This document shows positions 1 through 9,346 of a stretch of 64,000 nucleotides of DNA, piece after piece. The position numbers and the translations under genes are program-made. The number at the start of each line of letters is the position of its first letter. The stretch's first letter is position 1. Below the pieces are notes generated by a model that ran no database searches, was not told the origin of the DNA, and was given only the letters and a program-made list of their open reading frames with translations. The stretch comes from Escherichia phage vB_EcoM_SP1. The stretch lies in the sequence record MT682709.1; one strand, given 5' to 3'.

Positions 1-204
1 ATGAAATCATATAGAGTAAATTTAGAACTTTTTGATAAAGCAGTTCATCGAGAATATAGAATCATTCAACGCTTTTTCGATATGGGAGAAGCCGAAGAGT
101 TTAAAAACCGCTTTAAGGATATTAGAGATAAAATTCAATCCGACACCGCAACTAAAGATGAACTACTAGAAGTTGCTGAAGTTATTAAACGCAATATGAA
201 TTAA
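1..204 (+). CDS. small conserved protein immediately upstream of rIIA (rIIA.1-like), 67 aa
   Basis: ORF ending 10 nt before rIIA; position matches T4 rIIA.1. Confidence 0.5.
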   Translation: MKSYRVNLELFDKAVHREYRIIQRFFDMGEAEEFKNRFKDIRDKIQSDTATKDELLEVAEVIKRNMN

Positions 205-214
205 TGAGGAAATT

Positions 215-2392
215 ATGATTATCACCACTGAAAAAGAAACAATTCTTGGTAATGGTTCTAAATCAAAAGCATTTAGCATCACAGCATCTCCTAAAGTATT
301 TAAAATTCTATCATCTGATTTGTATACAAACAAGATTCGCGCAGTAGTCCGTGAATTGATTACCAACATGATTGATGCCCATGCTCTTAATGGAAATCCT
401 GAAAAATTTATCATTCAAGTTCCAGGACGATTAGACCCACGATTTGTTTGTCGAGACTTTGGTCCAGGTATGAGTGATTTTGATATTCAAGGTGATGATA
501 ATTCTCCTGGGTTGTATAATTCATACTTTAGTTCATCTAAGGCTGAATCTAACGATTTCATTGGTGGATTTGGTTTAGGTTCTAAATCTCCGTTTAGTTA
601 TACTGATACGTTTAGTATTACTTCGTACCATAAAGGTGAAATTCGCGGTTATGTAGCTTATATGGATGGTGACGGTCCGCAGATTAAACCTACATTCGTA
701 AAGGAAATGGGTCCAGACGATAAAACTGGTATTGAAATCGTAGTTCCAGTTGAAGAAAAAGACTTTAAAAACTTTGCTTATGAAGTTTCTTATATCATGC
801 GACCATTCAAAGATTTAGCTATCATTAACGGTCTTGACCGTGAAATTGATTATTTTCCGGATTTTGATGATTATTATGGTGTAAATCCAGAAAGATACTG
901 GCCAGATCGTGGTGGATTATATGCTATCTATGGTGGTATTGTTTATCCTATTGATGGCGTTATTAGAGACCGTAACTGGTTAAGCATTCGCAATGAAGTG
1001 AATTACATTAAGTTTCCAATGGGTTCACTTGATATTGCTCCATCGCGTGAGGCTCTTTCACTAGATGATCGTACTCGTAAAAATATTATTGAGCGTGTTA
1101 AAGAGCTTAGTGAGAAGGCATTCAATGAAGATGTAAAACGATTTAAAGAATCTACATCTCCTCGTCATACATACCGTGAATTGATGAAGATGGGATATTC
1201 TGCTCGGGATTATATGATTAGTAATTCAGTCAAATTTACGACTAAAAATCTGTCATATAAGAAGATGCAGAGCATGTTTGAACCTGACAGTAAGTTATGC
1301 AATGCAGGGGTTGTGTATGAAGTAAATCTTGACCCTCGACTGAAACGCATTAAGCAAAGCCATGAAACTTCAGCCGTTGCGTCAAGCTATCGTCTGTTTG
1401 GTATTAATACGACAAAAATTAATATTGTTATTGATAATACTAAAAATCGTGTTAATATTGTCCGTGGATTAGCACGCGCGTTAGATGATAGTGAATTTAA
1501 TAACACTTTAAATATTCATCACAATGAGCGTCTTCTGTTTATTAATCCGGAAGTAGAATCACAGATTGATTTACTCCCTGATATTATGGCAATGTTTGAA
1601 AGTGATGAAGTTAACATTCATTATTTGTCAGAAATTGAAGCTTTAGTTAAAAGTTATATTCCAAAGGCAGTAAAAAGTACAGCTCCTCGTCCTAAAACTG
1701 CCACTGCATTTAAGTTTGAAATTAAAGACGGGCGCTGGGAAAAAGAGGAATTGTTTACGCTCACATCAGAAGCAGATGAAATTACTGGTTATGTAGCATA
1801 CATGCATCGTTCTGATATTTTCTCTATGGATGGTACTACATCGCTTTGTCATCCATCTACGAATATTTTGATTCGTATGGCTAATCTTATTGGCATTAAT
1901 GAATTTTATGTTATTCGTCCGCTTTTACAGAAAAAGGTAAAAGAACTTGGTCAGTGTCAATGTATTTTTGAAACTCTGCGTGATTTATATGTAGATGCTT
2001 TTGATGATGTAGATTATGATAAGTATGTAGGTTATTCAAGTTCAGCTAAACGATATATTGATAAAATTATCAAGTATCCTGAACTAGATTTTATGATGAA
2101 GTACTTCAGTGTAGATGAAGTTTCTGAAGAATATACACGACTCGCTAATATGGTTAGTTCATTACAGGGTGTATATTTCAACGGTGGAAAAGATACCATC
2201 GGTCATGACATCTGGACAGTAACTAATCTTTTTGATGTATTATCAAATAATGCTTCAAAAAACAGTGATAAAATGGTTGCTGAGTTTACCAAGAAATTCC
2301 GTATTGTTTCCGACTTCATCGGTTATCGCAACTCTTTAAGTGATGATGAAGTCTCCCAAATCGCTAAAACTATGAAGGCCCTTGCGGCCTAA
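215..2392 (+). CDS. rIIA: rIIA membrane-associated protein (GHKL ATPase-like N-terminus)
   Basis: 725 aa as in T4 rIIA; G-rich ATP-lid-like motif FGLGSKSPF; followed directly by rIIB. Confidence 0.9.
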   Translation: MIITTEKETILGNGSKSKAFSITASPKVFKILSSDLYTNKIRAVVRELITNMIDAHALNGNPEKFIIQVPGRLDPRFVCRDFGPGMSDFDIQGDDNSPGLYNSYFSSSKAESNDFIGGFGLGSKSPFSYTDTFSITSYHKGEIRGYVAYMDGDGPQIKPTFVKEMGPDDKTGIEIVVPVEEKDFKNFAYEVSYIMRPFKDLAIINGLDREIDYFPDFDDYYGVNPERYWPDRGGLYAIYGGIVYPIDGVIRDRNWLSIRNEVNYIKFPMGSLDIAPSREALSLDDRTRKNIIERVKELSEKAFNEDVKRFKESTSPRHTYRELMKMGYSARDYMISNSVKFTTKNLSYKKMQSMFEPDSKLCNAGVVYEVNLDPRLKRIKQSHETSAVASSYRLFGINTTKINIVIDNTKNRVNIVRGLARALDDSEFNNTLNIHHNERLLFINPEVESQIDLLPDIMAMFESDEVNIHYLSEIEALVKSYIPKAVKSTAPRPKTATAFKFEIKDGRWEKEELFTLTSEADEITGYVAYMHRSDIFSMDGTTSLCHPSTNILIRMANLIGINEFYVIRPLLQKKVKELGQCQCIFETLRDLYVDAFDDVDYDKYVGYSSSAKRYIDKIIKYPELDFMMKYFSVDEVSEEYTRLANMVSSLQGVYFNGGKDTIGHDIWTVTNLFDVLSNNASKNSDKMVAEFTKKFRIVSDFIGYRNSLSDDEVSQIAKTMKALAA

Positions 2393-2403
2393 TAAGGAAA
2401 ATT

Positions 2404-3342
2404 ATGTACAATATTAAATGCCTGACCAAAAACGAACAAGCTGAAATTGTTAAACTGTATTCAAGTGGTAATTATACCCAACAGGAATTGGCTGATTGGC
2501 AAGGTGTATCGGTTGACACAATCCGTCGTGTTTTGAAAAATGCTGAAGAAGCTGAACGCTCTAAAGTTACCATTAGCGGTGATATTACAGTTAAAGTTAA
2601 TAACGATACAGTTATTGCTCCAGTTGCTAAATCTGACATTATTTGGAATGCATCTAAAAAATTCATTTCAATTACCGTTGATGGCGTAACTTATAACGCA
2701 ACTCCTAATACTCATTCAAACTTCCAGGAAATTCTTAATCTGCTTGTTGCAGATAAATTGGAAGAAGCGGCACAAAAAATTAATGTTCGTCGCGCTGTTG
2801 AAAAATATATTTCCGGTGATGTTCGAATTGAAGGTGGAAGCCTGTTCTATCAAAATATTGAATTGCGGTCTGGTTTAGTTGATCGTATTCTCGATTCGAT
2901 GGAAAAAGGTGAAAACTTTGAATTTTATTTTCCGTTCTTGGAAAATCTGTTGGAAAACCCAAGCCAAAAAGCAGTATCTCGACTCTTTGATTTCTTGGTA
3001 GCAAACGATATTGAAATTACAGAAGATGGTTACTTCTATGCTTGGAAAGTAGTTCGCAGCAATTACTTTGACTGTCATTCAAATACTTTTGATAACAGCC
3101 CTGGTAAAGTAGTTAAAATGCCACGTACTCGTGTGAATGACGATGATACACAAACTTGTTCTCGTGGTCTGCATGTGTGTTCTAAATCTTATATTCGTCA
3201 CTTTGGCAGTTCAACCAGTCGAGTTGTAAAAGTTAAAGTACATCCTCGCGATGTAGTATCAATTCCGATTGATTACAATGATGCTAAAATGCGTACCTGC
3301 CAATACGAAGTAATTGAAGACGTTACTGAACAATTTAAATAA
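2404..3342 (+). CDS. rIIB: rIIB protein
   Basis: 312 aa, same length as T4 rIIB; synteny after rIIA. Confidence 0.88.
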   Translation: MYNIKCLTKNEQAEIVKLYSSGNYTQQELADWQGVSVDTIRRVLKNAEEAERSKVTISGDITVKVNNDTVIAPVAKSDIIWNASKKFISITVDGVTYNATPNTHSNFQEILNLLVADKLEEAAQKINVRRAVEKYISGDVRIEGGSLFYQNIELRSGLVDRILDSMEKGENFEFYFPFLENLLENPSQKAVSRLFDFLVANDIEITEDGYFYAWKVVRSNYFDCHSNTFDNSPGKVVKMPRTRVNDDDTQTCSRGLHVCSKSYIRHFGSSTSRVVKVKVHPRDVVSIPIDYNDAKMRTCQYEVIEDVTEQFK

Positions 3343-3360
3343 GGGCTTCGGCCCTTAACT
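3342..3360 (+). terminator. GGGCTTCGGCCC UUCG-tetraloop hairpin after rIIB
   Basis: perfect GC stem with TTCG loop directly after stop codon; weak T-tract. Confidence 0.4.
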
Positions 3361-3370
3361 GAGGGAAATT

Positions 3371-3565
3371 ATGTTAGGTTATCAAGCACGGGTAAAAGAA
3401 GAATACGATCAATTAATGCTCAAAATTAATGCATTGAGCAAATTTTTAGAAAGCACAAAGTTTCTTACGGTTAATGAAGTTGAACAAGAACTACTGCTTT
3501 CGCAGTTCATCTCAATGAAATCTTATGCAGATTGTTTAGAGAAAAGAATTGCACAATTCAAATAA
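3371..3565 (+). CDS. hypothetical protein, 64 aa
   Basis: ORF with SD-like GAGGGAAAUU upstream; bracketed by two near-identical hairpins. Confidence 0.5.
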   Translation: MLGYQARVKEEYDQLMLKINALSKFLESTKFLTVNEVEQELLLSQFISMKSYADCLEKRIAQFK

Positions 3566-3570
3566 AATAA

Positions 3571-3592
3571 GGGGCTTCGGCCCTTTTGTTTT
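3571..3592 (+). terminator. rho-independent terminator GGGGCTTCGGCCC + T-tract
   Basis: GC stem, TTCG loop, TTTTGTTTT tail. Confidence 0.55.
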
Positions 3593-3603
3593 AAGGAAAA
3601 ATT

Positions 3604-3933
3604 ATGATTTATTGTATGAATATCGGTGATTCCGACATAAAAGAGATTAAACTGCACGGAAATCATCACGCTAATATTGTGTACTGTAATAAATTTGAGT
3701 TTGGTCACGAAAAACTTGGAGTTCTTTATTGCAATGATGTTATAGTCATAGATAAAAAGAAACTCGATGAACTTGACCGTGAGTCTTTAAATGAAAATGA
3801 TCGAATTTATTATGGTACTCTTAAAGTATATAACGCTTATCTTAGTGGTAAAAAGGAAAGTCTAAATGCAGAAAACGAATCCAGGTTTACAGAGACTATT
3901 TCAGATTCCGACATTTACCCTATCGAACAGTGA
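3604..3933 (+). CDS. hypothetical protein, 109 aa
   Basis: ORF with RBS AAGGAAAAAUU; overlaps predicted denB start by 68 nt so one of the two starts is uncertain. Confidence 0.4.
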   Translation: MIYCMNIGDSDIKEIKLHGNHHANIVYCNKFEFGHEKLGVLYCNDVIVIDKKKLDELDRESLNENDRIYYGTLKVYNAYLSGKKESLNAENESRFTETISDSDIYPIEQ

Positions 3934-4423
3934 CTTAACTAGTGAAATGAAGGTCAAAATTGCTGATACAGCAAGATACTCTTTAAAACAAAATCCTAAT
4001 CAGGATAAAGCAGAAGTCATCGAAAGATGCCGTATCGCTGTGTACGCAGAATTTTTTGTAGCAGACTGGCTGAGCGGGTATGTTAACAAAGGCCAAGAGG
4101 ATGTTAATGACCCGTATACATACGCATGGGATGTATTGGCACACCCAAGATACTGCGGGCTTCGTGTAGAAGTTAAGACACATCAAACTGACTCACGTTG
4201 GATTTCGGTAACAACCGGATGCAGCGGAGAGTATCCATACGGTTCTGGAATAAATCTAGGGCCCATTCTGAATCATCAGGTCGCTGACTGTATAATTATA
4301 TTCAACACTAAAGAAATTCATCCAGGTGTCATCCAGTACACTCCGAAGTTCATCGGTGATAGAGAAGACCTTCGTAAGGTTGTAAGAAAAAGCAACTACA
4401 ACGGATGGTATCTTTCCATTTAA
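3866..4423 (+). CDS. denB: endonuclease IV (dC-specific ssDNA endonuclease)
   Basis: 185 aa, matching T4 EndoIV length; synteny between rIIB and ndd. Confidence 0.7.
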   Translation: MQKTNPGLQRLFQIPTFTLSNSDLTSEMKVKIADTARYSLKQNPNQDKAEVIERCRIAVYAEFFVADWLSGYVNKGQEDVNDPYTYAWDVLAHPRYCGLRVEVKTHQTDSRWISVTTGCSGEYPYGSGINLGPILNHQVADCIIIFNTKEIHPGVIQYTPKFIGDREDLRKVVRKSNYNGWYLSI

Positions 4424-4438
4424 AAATTTCACAAGACA

Positions 4439-4470
4439 GTTTACATACCACAAGGACCGTGGTACTATAC
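4439..4470 (+). promoter_or_regulatory. T4-type early promoter (GTTTACA -35, TACTAT -10, 17-bp spacer)
   Basis: GTTTACA at 4439, TACTAT at 4463; conserved leader ACAACTATCAACTGATAC shared with promoters at 8300 and 24968. Confidence 0.5.
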
Positions 4471-4490
4471 AACTATCAACTGATACGGAT

Positions 4491-4709
4491 TTGGAGAATA
4501 AAATGTTTACTACAGCTGAATTAAAACGAGCAAAAGCTAAGAAAGGACAAGGAAAATATAAAGCTGAATTAGTTAAAGAACTTCAGTTTGCTGAGGCTGA
4601 ATTGAATTCAATGATTATTCAAAATGTTCCAGAAACTGAAATTGCTCTTAAGCGTATTGCGAATAAGTGTCTTCGTGATGCAATCGTCGATCTTTTAGCG
4701 GATTATTGA
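4491..4709 (+). CDS. hypothetical protein, 72 aa
   Basis: ORF downstream of early promoter, RBS GGAGAAUAAA. Confidence 0.55.
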   Translation: MENKMFTTAELKRAKAKKGQGKYKAELVKELQFAEAELNSMIIQNVPETEIALKRIANKCLRDAIVDLLADY

Positions 4710-4978
4710 GTAAAATGAAATTTAAATTTTATTACGCTAAACATAAAATAACTGATGAGTTTGTGTCAGTTGAATATTCTAGCGATGATGAAGGTATGAT
4801 TTATACTCGCTTGGGACTATCGCATTGGGAGTCTGATACGCCTTATTTTTCAACTCCCGAAGAAATTACACGCTTAGTTAATGGTCATATGAATGACCAC
4901 TGGGATGTAATTCTTTCAGATAGTCTTAAAGCGGCTATTAATAGTAATGAAATGAAAATCGCTGAGATTGAACTATGA
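4706..4978 (+). CDS. hypothetical protein, 90 aa
   Basis: ATGA start/stop overlap with upstream ORF. Confidence 0.55.
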   Translation: MSKMKFKFYYAKHKITDEFVSVEYSSDDEGMIYTRLGLSHWESDTPYFSTPEEITRLVNGHMNDHWDVILSDSLKAAINSNEMKIAEIEL

Positions 4979-5061
4979 GTTCATTATGGTGGTGTTTTGT
5001 TTGGTTAATTAGTATTCCATTAATTTGTTTAACATTTACTTTTGTGATGAGGTTATTATGA
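4975..5061 (+). CDS. tiny hydrophobic peptide, 28 aa (putative single-pass membrane peptide)
   Basis: ATGA-coupled to upstream ORF; sequence MSSLWWCFVWLISIPLICLTFTFVMRLL. Confidence 0.35.
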   Translation: MSSLWWCFVWLISIPLICLTFTFVMRLL

Positions 5062-5156
5062 AAATTTTGAATTCTATACTTATTGCTTGTGCATGGTGGG
5101 TTGCGCAAGTTTCGGCAGTAGTGATTGGTATTCACATTTATTACGAATATTTTTAA
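5058..5156 (+). CDS. tiny hydrophobic peptide, 32 aa
   Basis: ATGA-coupled; MKILNSILIACAWWVAQVSAVVIGIHIYYEYF. Confidence 0.4.
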   Translation: MKILNSILIACAWWVAQVSAVVIGIHIYYEYF

Positions 5157-5163
5157 AAAAGTT

Positions 5164-5218
5164 GTTTACAAGACTGTTCCTCTGTGGTATTATTATCCTA
5201 TCAACTACGGAGGAACAG
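5164..5218 (+). promoter_or_regulatory. early promoter with 9-bp inverted repeat bracketing the -10 (promoter-early stem-loop-like)
   Basis: GTTTACA at 5164, TATTAT at 5188; arms CTGTTCCTC 5174-5182 and GAGGAACAG 5210-5218. Confidence 0.4.
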
Positions 5219-5221
5219 AAA

Positions 5222-5335
5222 ATGAAAAAGATTGTTAAAGCTATATGGAATGTAGTTATAATACTAGTAGTTTTGAGTATATTCCCAATCGTTTTAATGA
5301 TTGATGTATTAAACGCTTACTTTGGATTTATGTGA
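5222..5335 (+). CDS. tiny hydrophobic peptide, 37 aa
   Basis: RBS GGAGGAACAGAAA then ATG; MKKIVKAIWNVVIILVVLSIFPIVLMIDVLNAYFGFM. Confidence 0.45.
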   Translation: MKKIVKAIWNVVIILVVLSIFPIVLMIDVLNAYFGFM

Positions 5336-5342
5336 GGAAAAT

Positions 5343-5540
5343 ATGAAGCGTAAACGCAGTGCTTTTACATTTATGGAATGGTTTTTCGATAATATTTTTC
5401 CGGCTTTATTCATTTTCATGTTGATTTTCGCCTTGGGTTCAGTTGTGGTTGGAATCTATTTGATGGCAGTTGTCGGAATGGATATTCACCAAAATGGTTT
5501 GAAATCTGTGGTTGAAACAATTTGGAATGGTGTAAAATAA
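5343..5540 (+). CDS. small membrane protein, 65 aa
   Basis: RBS GAGGAAAAU; basic N-terminus followed by long hydrophobic segment. Confidence 0.5.
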   Translation: MKRKRSAFTFMEWFFDNIFPALFIFMLIFALGSVVVGIYLMAVVGMDIHQNGLKSVVETIWNGVK

Positions 5541-5647
5541 TGAATTTACTAAGCATTTGGTTTTATATTCTTGTATTTTACATTGGTGCAAATTTCCCAT
5601 ATTGGATGGGATGGTCAACAACTGCATTTGGATTTTATACTCCCTGA
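5540..5647 (+). CDS. tiny hydrophobic peptide, 35 aa
   Basis: TAATG overlap with upstream ORF; aromatic-rich hydrophobic sequence. Confidence 0.4.
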   Translation: MNLLSIWFYILVFYIGANFPYWMGWSTTAFGFYTP

Positions 5648-5655
5648 GGTGAATT

Positions 5656-5871
5656 ATGAAAATTTTTAAAGATGTAAAGGTCGGTGAAATTTTTTGCTTA
5701 GATAATGGTGATCAGTTAATTCGTATTTCACCTCTTAAGAGCACTAGCGAGAAAATGACAGTTAACGCTACTTTAGCAAATAACAGTAATGAACGTTTCT
5801 GTATTGAAAATGATACTGAAACTTATACTGTAGAAGAATTCTGGGAATTAAGTGTCGACTGCGACGATTAA
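5656..5871 (+). CDS. hypothetical protein, 71 aa
   Basis: RBS GAGGUGAAUU; followed by hairpin GGCCGTATG-AATA-CATACGGCC. Confidence 0.55.
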   Translation: MKIFKDVKVGEIFCLDNGDQLIRISPLKSTSEKMTVNATLANNSNERFCIENDTETYTVEEFWELSVDCDD

Positions 5872-5930
5872 TTTATCGGCCGTATGAATACATACGGCCT
5901 TGGAGTAGAAAATAATTAGAGGAAATTAAC

Positions 5931-6386
5931 ATGAAATATATGACTGTTACTGATCTGAATAATGCAGGCGCAACTGTTATTGGTACAATCAAGGGCGGTG
6001 AATGGGTTTTTGGAACTCCGCATAAAGACATTTTGTCTAACCCTGGATTTTACTTTTTAGTGAGCAAATTTGGTGGTCCATTTGATAGTCCGTGTGTATC
6101 TGCACGATTTTATGTAGGTAATCAGCGTTCTAAGCAAGGATTCAGTGCAGTTCTAAGTCATATTCGCCAGCGTCGGTCTCAGCTTGCGCGTACTATTGCA
6201 AATAACAATGTTCCATACACAGTATTTTATCTACCTGCTTCTAAGATGAAACCTCTGACGACGGGATTTGGAAAAGGTCAGTTAGCTTTAGCGTTTACTC
6301 ATAATCATCATTCTGAGTATCAAACGCTTGAAGAAATGAATCGTATGTTGGCTGATAACTTTAAATTTGTTTTGCAGGCATATTAA
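5931..6386 (+). CDS. ndd: nucleoid disruption protein Ndd
   Basis: 151 aa as T4 Ndd; lies immediately upstream of stp. Confidence 0.8.
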
Positions 6387-6466
6387 TGAGTAATTTCCAT
6401 AATGAACATGTGATGCAGTTCTATCGTAACAATCTTAAAACTAAAGGCGTCTTCGGACGCCAGTGA
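6386..6466 (+). CDS. stp: Stp peptide (suppressor of three-prime phosphatase; modulator of host EcoprrI/PrrC)
   Basis: 26-aa translation [26 protein letters not shown] matches T4 Stp as recalled; TAATG overlap with ndd. Confidence 0.85.
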
Positions 6467-6473
6467 GGAAAAT

Positions 6474-6632
6474 ATGAATATCGCAAAATTATTAGGAGTT
6501 ATTTCATTTATTTGTTGGATAGTAGCATGTGTTTTAACTATCTGTATTGATGTCAGCAGCGTGTTTTCGCAAGCTTTAGCTCAGGGTATGTGTGCATATT
6601 TAACATTTGCGTTGTTATCTACTAATGATTAA
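6474..6632 (+). CDS. ac: small membrane protein, acriflavine-resistance gene ac-like
   Basis: 52-aa hydrophobic ORF between stp and gene 52 as in T4. Confidence 0.6.
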   Translation: MNIAKLLGVISFICWIVACVLTICIDVSSVFSQALAQGMCAYLTFALLSTND

Positions 6633-6765
6633 GAAAATCTTGGGCTATTCATTAGCCCTTGCTACTTTATTGGTAGCGCTATATTATGGAGTAATGTTCG
6701 GATTAATTCAAGTCGTGCTTTTCATTTCTGATGTTATTATGGCACTACATTCACTAGTATGGTAA
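6625..6765 (+). CDS. small hydrophobic protein, 46 aa (52.1-like)
   Basis: ORF overlapping ac stop, hydrophobic, immediately upstream of gene 52. Confidence 0.45.
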   Translation: MIKKILGYSLALATLLVALYYGVMFGLIQVVLFISDVIMALHSLVW

Positions 6766-6769
6766 ATTT

Positions 6770-8098
6770 ATGCAACTGAATAATCGCGATTTAAAAAGTA
6801 TCATTGATAATGAAGCACTGGCTTATGCTATGTACACGGTTGAAAATCGTGCTATTCCAAATATGATTGATGGATTTAAGCCAGTTCAACGATTTGTTAT
6901 TGCTCGAGCTCTTGATTTGGCGCGAGGAAATAAAGATAAGTTTCACAAGCTCGCTTCTATTGCAGGTGGTGTAGCTGACCTTGGATATCATCATGGTGAA
7001 AACTCTGCGCAAGACGCGGGGGCTTTGATGGCTAACACTTGGAATAATAACTTTCCTTTGTTAGATGGTCAAGGAAACTTTGGTTCTCGTACCGTTCAAA
7101 AAGCAGCAGCAAGTCGTTATATTTTTGCTCGTGTAAGTAAAAATTTCTATAACGTATATAAAGATACTGAATATGCTCCGGTACATCAAGATAAAGAACA
7201 CATTCCGCCTGCTTTCTATTTGCCTATTATTCCTACTGTTCTTCTTAATGGTGTTTCCGGTATTGCAACTGGTTATGCAACTTACATTCTTCCTCATAGT
7301 GTTTCTTCTGTCAAGAAAGCTGTACTACAAGCTCTTCAAGGAAAGAAAGTAACTAAACCGAAGGTAGAATTCCCAGAATTTCGCGGTGAAGTCGTTGAAA
7401 TTGACGGTCAATATGAAATTCGTGGAACGTACAAGTTTACTTCACGAACTCAAATGAATATCACTGAGATTCCGTATAAGTATGATCGTGAAACTTATGT
7501 GAGTAAAATCTTAGACCCGCTTGAAGATAAAGGCTTCATTACGTGGGATGATGCTTGTGGTGAGCATGGTTTTGGCTTTAAAATTAAATTCCGCAAAGAA
7601 TACTCTTTGAGTGATAACGAAGAAGAACGCCATGCAAAAATTATGAAAGACTTTGGGTTGATTGAGCGTCGTTCCCAAAATATTACAGTCATCAACGAGA
7701 AAGGAAAGTTACAAGTTTACGATAACGTAGTTGATTTAATTAAAGACTTCGTTGAAGTTCGTAAAACTTATGTCCAAAAGCGAATTGATAACAAAATCAA
7801 AGAAACTGAATCAGCATTTCGTTTAGCCTTTGCCAAGGCACATTTCATTAAGAAAGTAATTTCAGGTGAAATTGTTGTGCAGGGTAAAACTCGCAAAGAA
7901 CTGACCGAAGAACTTTCTAAAATTGAGATGTATTCTTCTTATGTCGATAAACTAGTCGGAATGAATATTTTTCATATGACTTCCGACGAAGCAAAGAAAC
8001 TTGCTGAAGAAGCTAAAGCTAAGAAAGAAGAAAACGAATATTGGAAAACTACTGATGTAGTTACCGAATACACCAAAGATTTAGAGGAAATCAAATGA
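6770..8098 (+). CDS. 52: DNA topoisomerase II medium subunit gp52
   Basis: 442 aa as T4 gp52; GyrA-like N-terminus with PVQRFV motif and TGYAT. Confidence 0.95.
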   Translation: MQLNNRDLKSIIDNEALAYAMYTVENRAIPNMIDGFKPVQRFVIARALDLARGNKDKFHKLASIAGGVADLGYHHGENSAQDAGALMANTWNNNFPLLDGQGNFGSRTVQKAAASRYIFARVSKNFYNVYKDTEYAPVHQDKEHIPPAFYLPIIPTVLLNGVSGIATGYATYILPHSVSSVKKAVLQALQGKKVTKPKVEFPEFRGEVVEIDGQYEIRGTYKFTSRTQMNITEIPYKYDRETYVSKILDPLEDKGFITWDDACGEHGFGFKIKFRKEYSLSDNEEERHAKIMKDFGLIERRSQNITVINEKGKLQVYDNVVDLIKDFVEVRKTYVQKRIDNKIKETESAFRLAFAKAHFIKKVISGEIVVQGKTRKELTEELSKIEMYSSYVDKLVGMNIFHMTSDEAKKLAEEAKAKKEENEYWKTTDVVTEYTKDLEEIK

Positions 8099-8244
8099 GT
8101 CCATTCATTGGTATTACAAGCGCGGCGTTAGTATCTGGTAGCATTTTACTGGCGGGGTTAGGTGTTGTTCCAGCCGTAGCAGGAGGTCTTCTTGCGTTCG
8201 GCATTCAACGTGTTATCATGACAGTTATCACAGTCATGCAGTAA
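8095..8244 (+). CDS. small hydrophobic protein, 49 aa
   Basis: ATGA overlap with gene 52 stop; Gly/Ala-rich hydrophobic sequence. Confidence 0.4.
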   Translation: MSPFIGITSAALVSGSILLAGLGVVPAVAGGLLAFGIQRVIMTVITVMQ

Positions 8245-8249
8245 TTTTA

Positions 8250-8280
8250 GGGAGAGCCTCGGCTCTCCCTTTTTATTTTA
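8250..8280 (+). terminator. rho-independent terminator
   Basis: GGGAGAGCC-TC-GGCTCTCCC hairpin followed by TTTTTATTTT. Confidence 0.65.
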
Positions 8281-8299
8281 AAATTTTTTTCACAAAACG

Positions 8300-8329
8300 G
8301 TTTACAACCAAAGCATACTGTTGTACTAT
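8300..8329 (+). promoter_or_regulatory. T4-type early promoter upstream of motA
   Basis: AT-rich UP region, GTTTACA at 8300, TACTAT at 8324; upstream 35 nt nearly identical to the cassette at 24939. Confidence 0.55.
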
Positions 8330-8370
8330 ACAACTATCAACTACTGATACAGAATTACGGAGATTAGAAA

Positions 8371-9006
8371 ATGTCTAAAGTAACTTACATCATCAAAGCT
8401 TCTAACGATGTTCTGAATGAAAAAACTGCTGCGATTTTAATTACCATTGCTAAGAAAGATTTCATTACAGCTGCAGAAGTTCGTGAGGTGCATCCAGATT
8501 TAGGTAACGCAGTAGTTAATAGTAATATTGGGGTATTGATTAAAAAAGGCCTGGTGGAGAAATCTGGTGATGGATTAATCATTACTGGTGAAGCTCAGGA
8601 TATTATTTCAAATGCAGCAACTTTATACGCACAGGAAAACGCTCCTGAACTGCTGAAAAAACGAGCAACTCGTAAAGCTCGCGAAATTACCTCTGATATG
8701 GAAGAAGATAAAGATTTCATGTTAAAACTTTTAGATGAAAATGGATTTGTTCTTAAAAAGGTTGAAACTTATCGTAGTAACTATCTCGCTATTTTAGAAA
8801 AACGCACTCACGGAATTCGTAATTTTGAAATTAACAACAATGGAAATATGCGAATTTTTGGATACAAAATGATGGAACATCATATTCAGAAATTTACTGA
8901 TATCGGAATGTCATGTAAAATCGCTAAAAACGGTAATGTGTATCTTGACATTAAACGCTCAGCAGAAAACATTGAAGCTGTAATCACCGTAGCATCTGAA
9001 CTGTGA
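8371..9006 (+). CDS. motA: middle-promoter transcription activator MotA
   Basis: 211 aa as T4 MotA; preceded by early promoter. Confidence 0.9.
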   Translation: MSKVTYIIKASNDVLNEKTAAILITIAKKDFITAAEVREVHPDLGNAVVNSNIGVLIKKGLVEKSGDGLIITGEAQDIISNAATLYAQENAPELLKKRATRKAREITSDMEEDKDFMLKLLDENGFVLKKVETYRSNYLAILEKRTHGIRNFEINNNGNMRIFGYKMMEHHIQKFTDIGMSCKIAKNGNVYLDIKRSAENIEAVITVASEL

Positions 9007-9016
9007 GGAATAAATA

Positions 9017-9346
9017 ATGAACAAGTTAGAAATTGTTAATGAACTTCGTCGTTGCGCAGAACCTACTCAGGAGGGATGGGACATCTGGTACCATGGGGCT
9101 TATCTTGGAACTATTGTAAAGATTAAGACTGGCAAATACATGATTATTCGTGAAAGTAAAGATGCTCCAGTAGGTATTCGCAATAATTTCATGGCAGCTA
9201 TAAGTTCCTTTACAGATTCAGCTTACGAAATTTACCTTGCTGATTATAAAGAATTCCAGGAATCTCAACCAGTTATTCGCTCAATTGGTGTTAACAAAGC
9301 TCAACAGAAAACTTTGTGGCAACGTATTAAAGGATGGTTTAAATGA
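9017..9346 (+). CDS. hypothetical protein, 109 aa
   Basis: ORF with RBS GAGGAAUAAAUA. Confidence 0.55.
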   Translation: MNKLEIVNELRRCAEPTQEGWDIWYHGAYLGTIVKIKTGKYMIIRESKDAPVGIRNNFMAAISSFTDSAYEIYLADYKEFQESQPVIRSIGVNKAQQKTLWQRIKGWFK

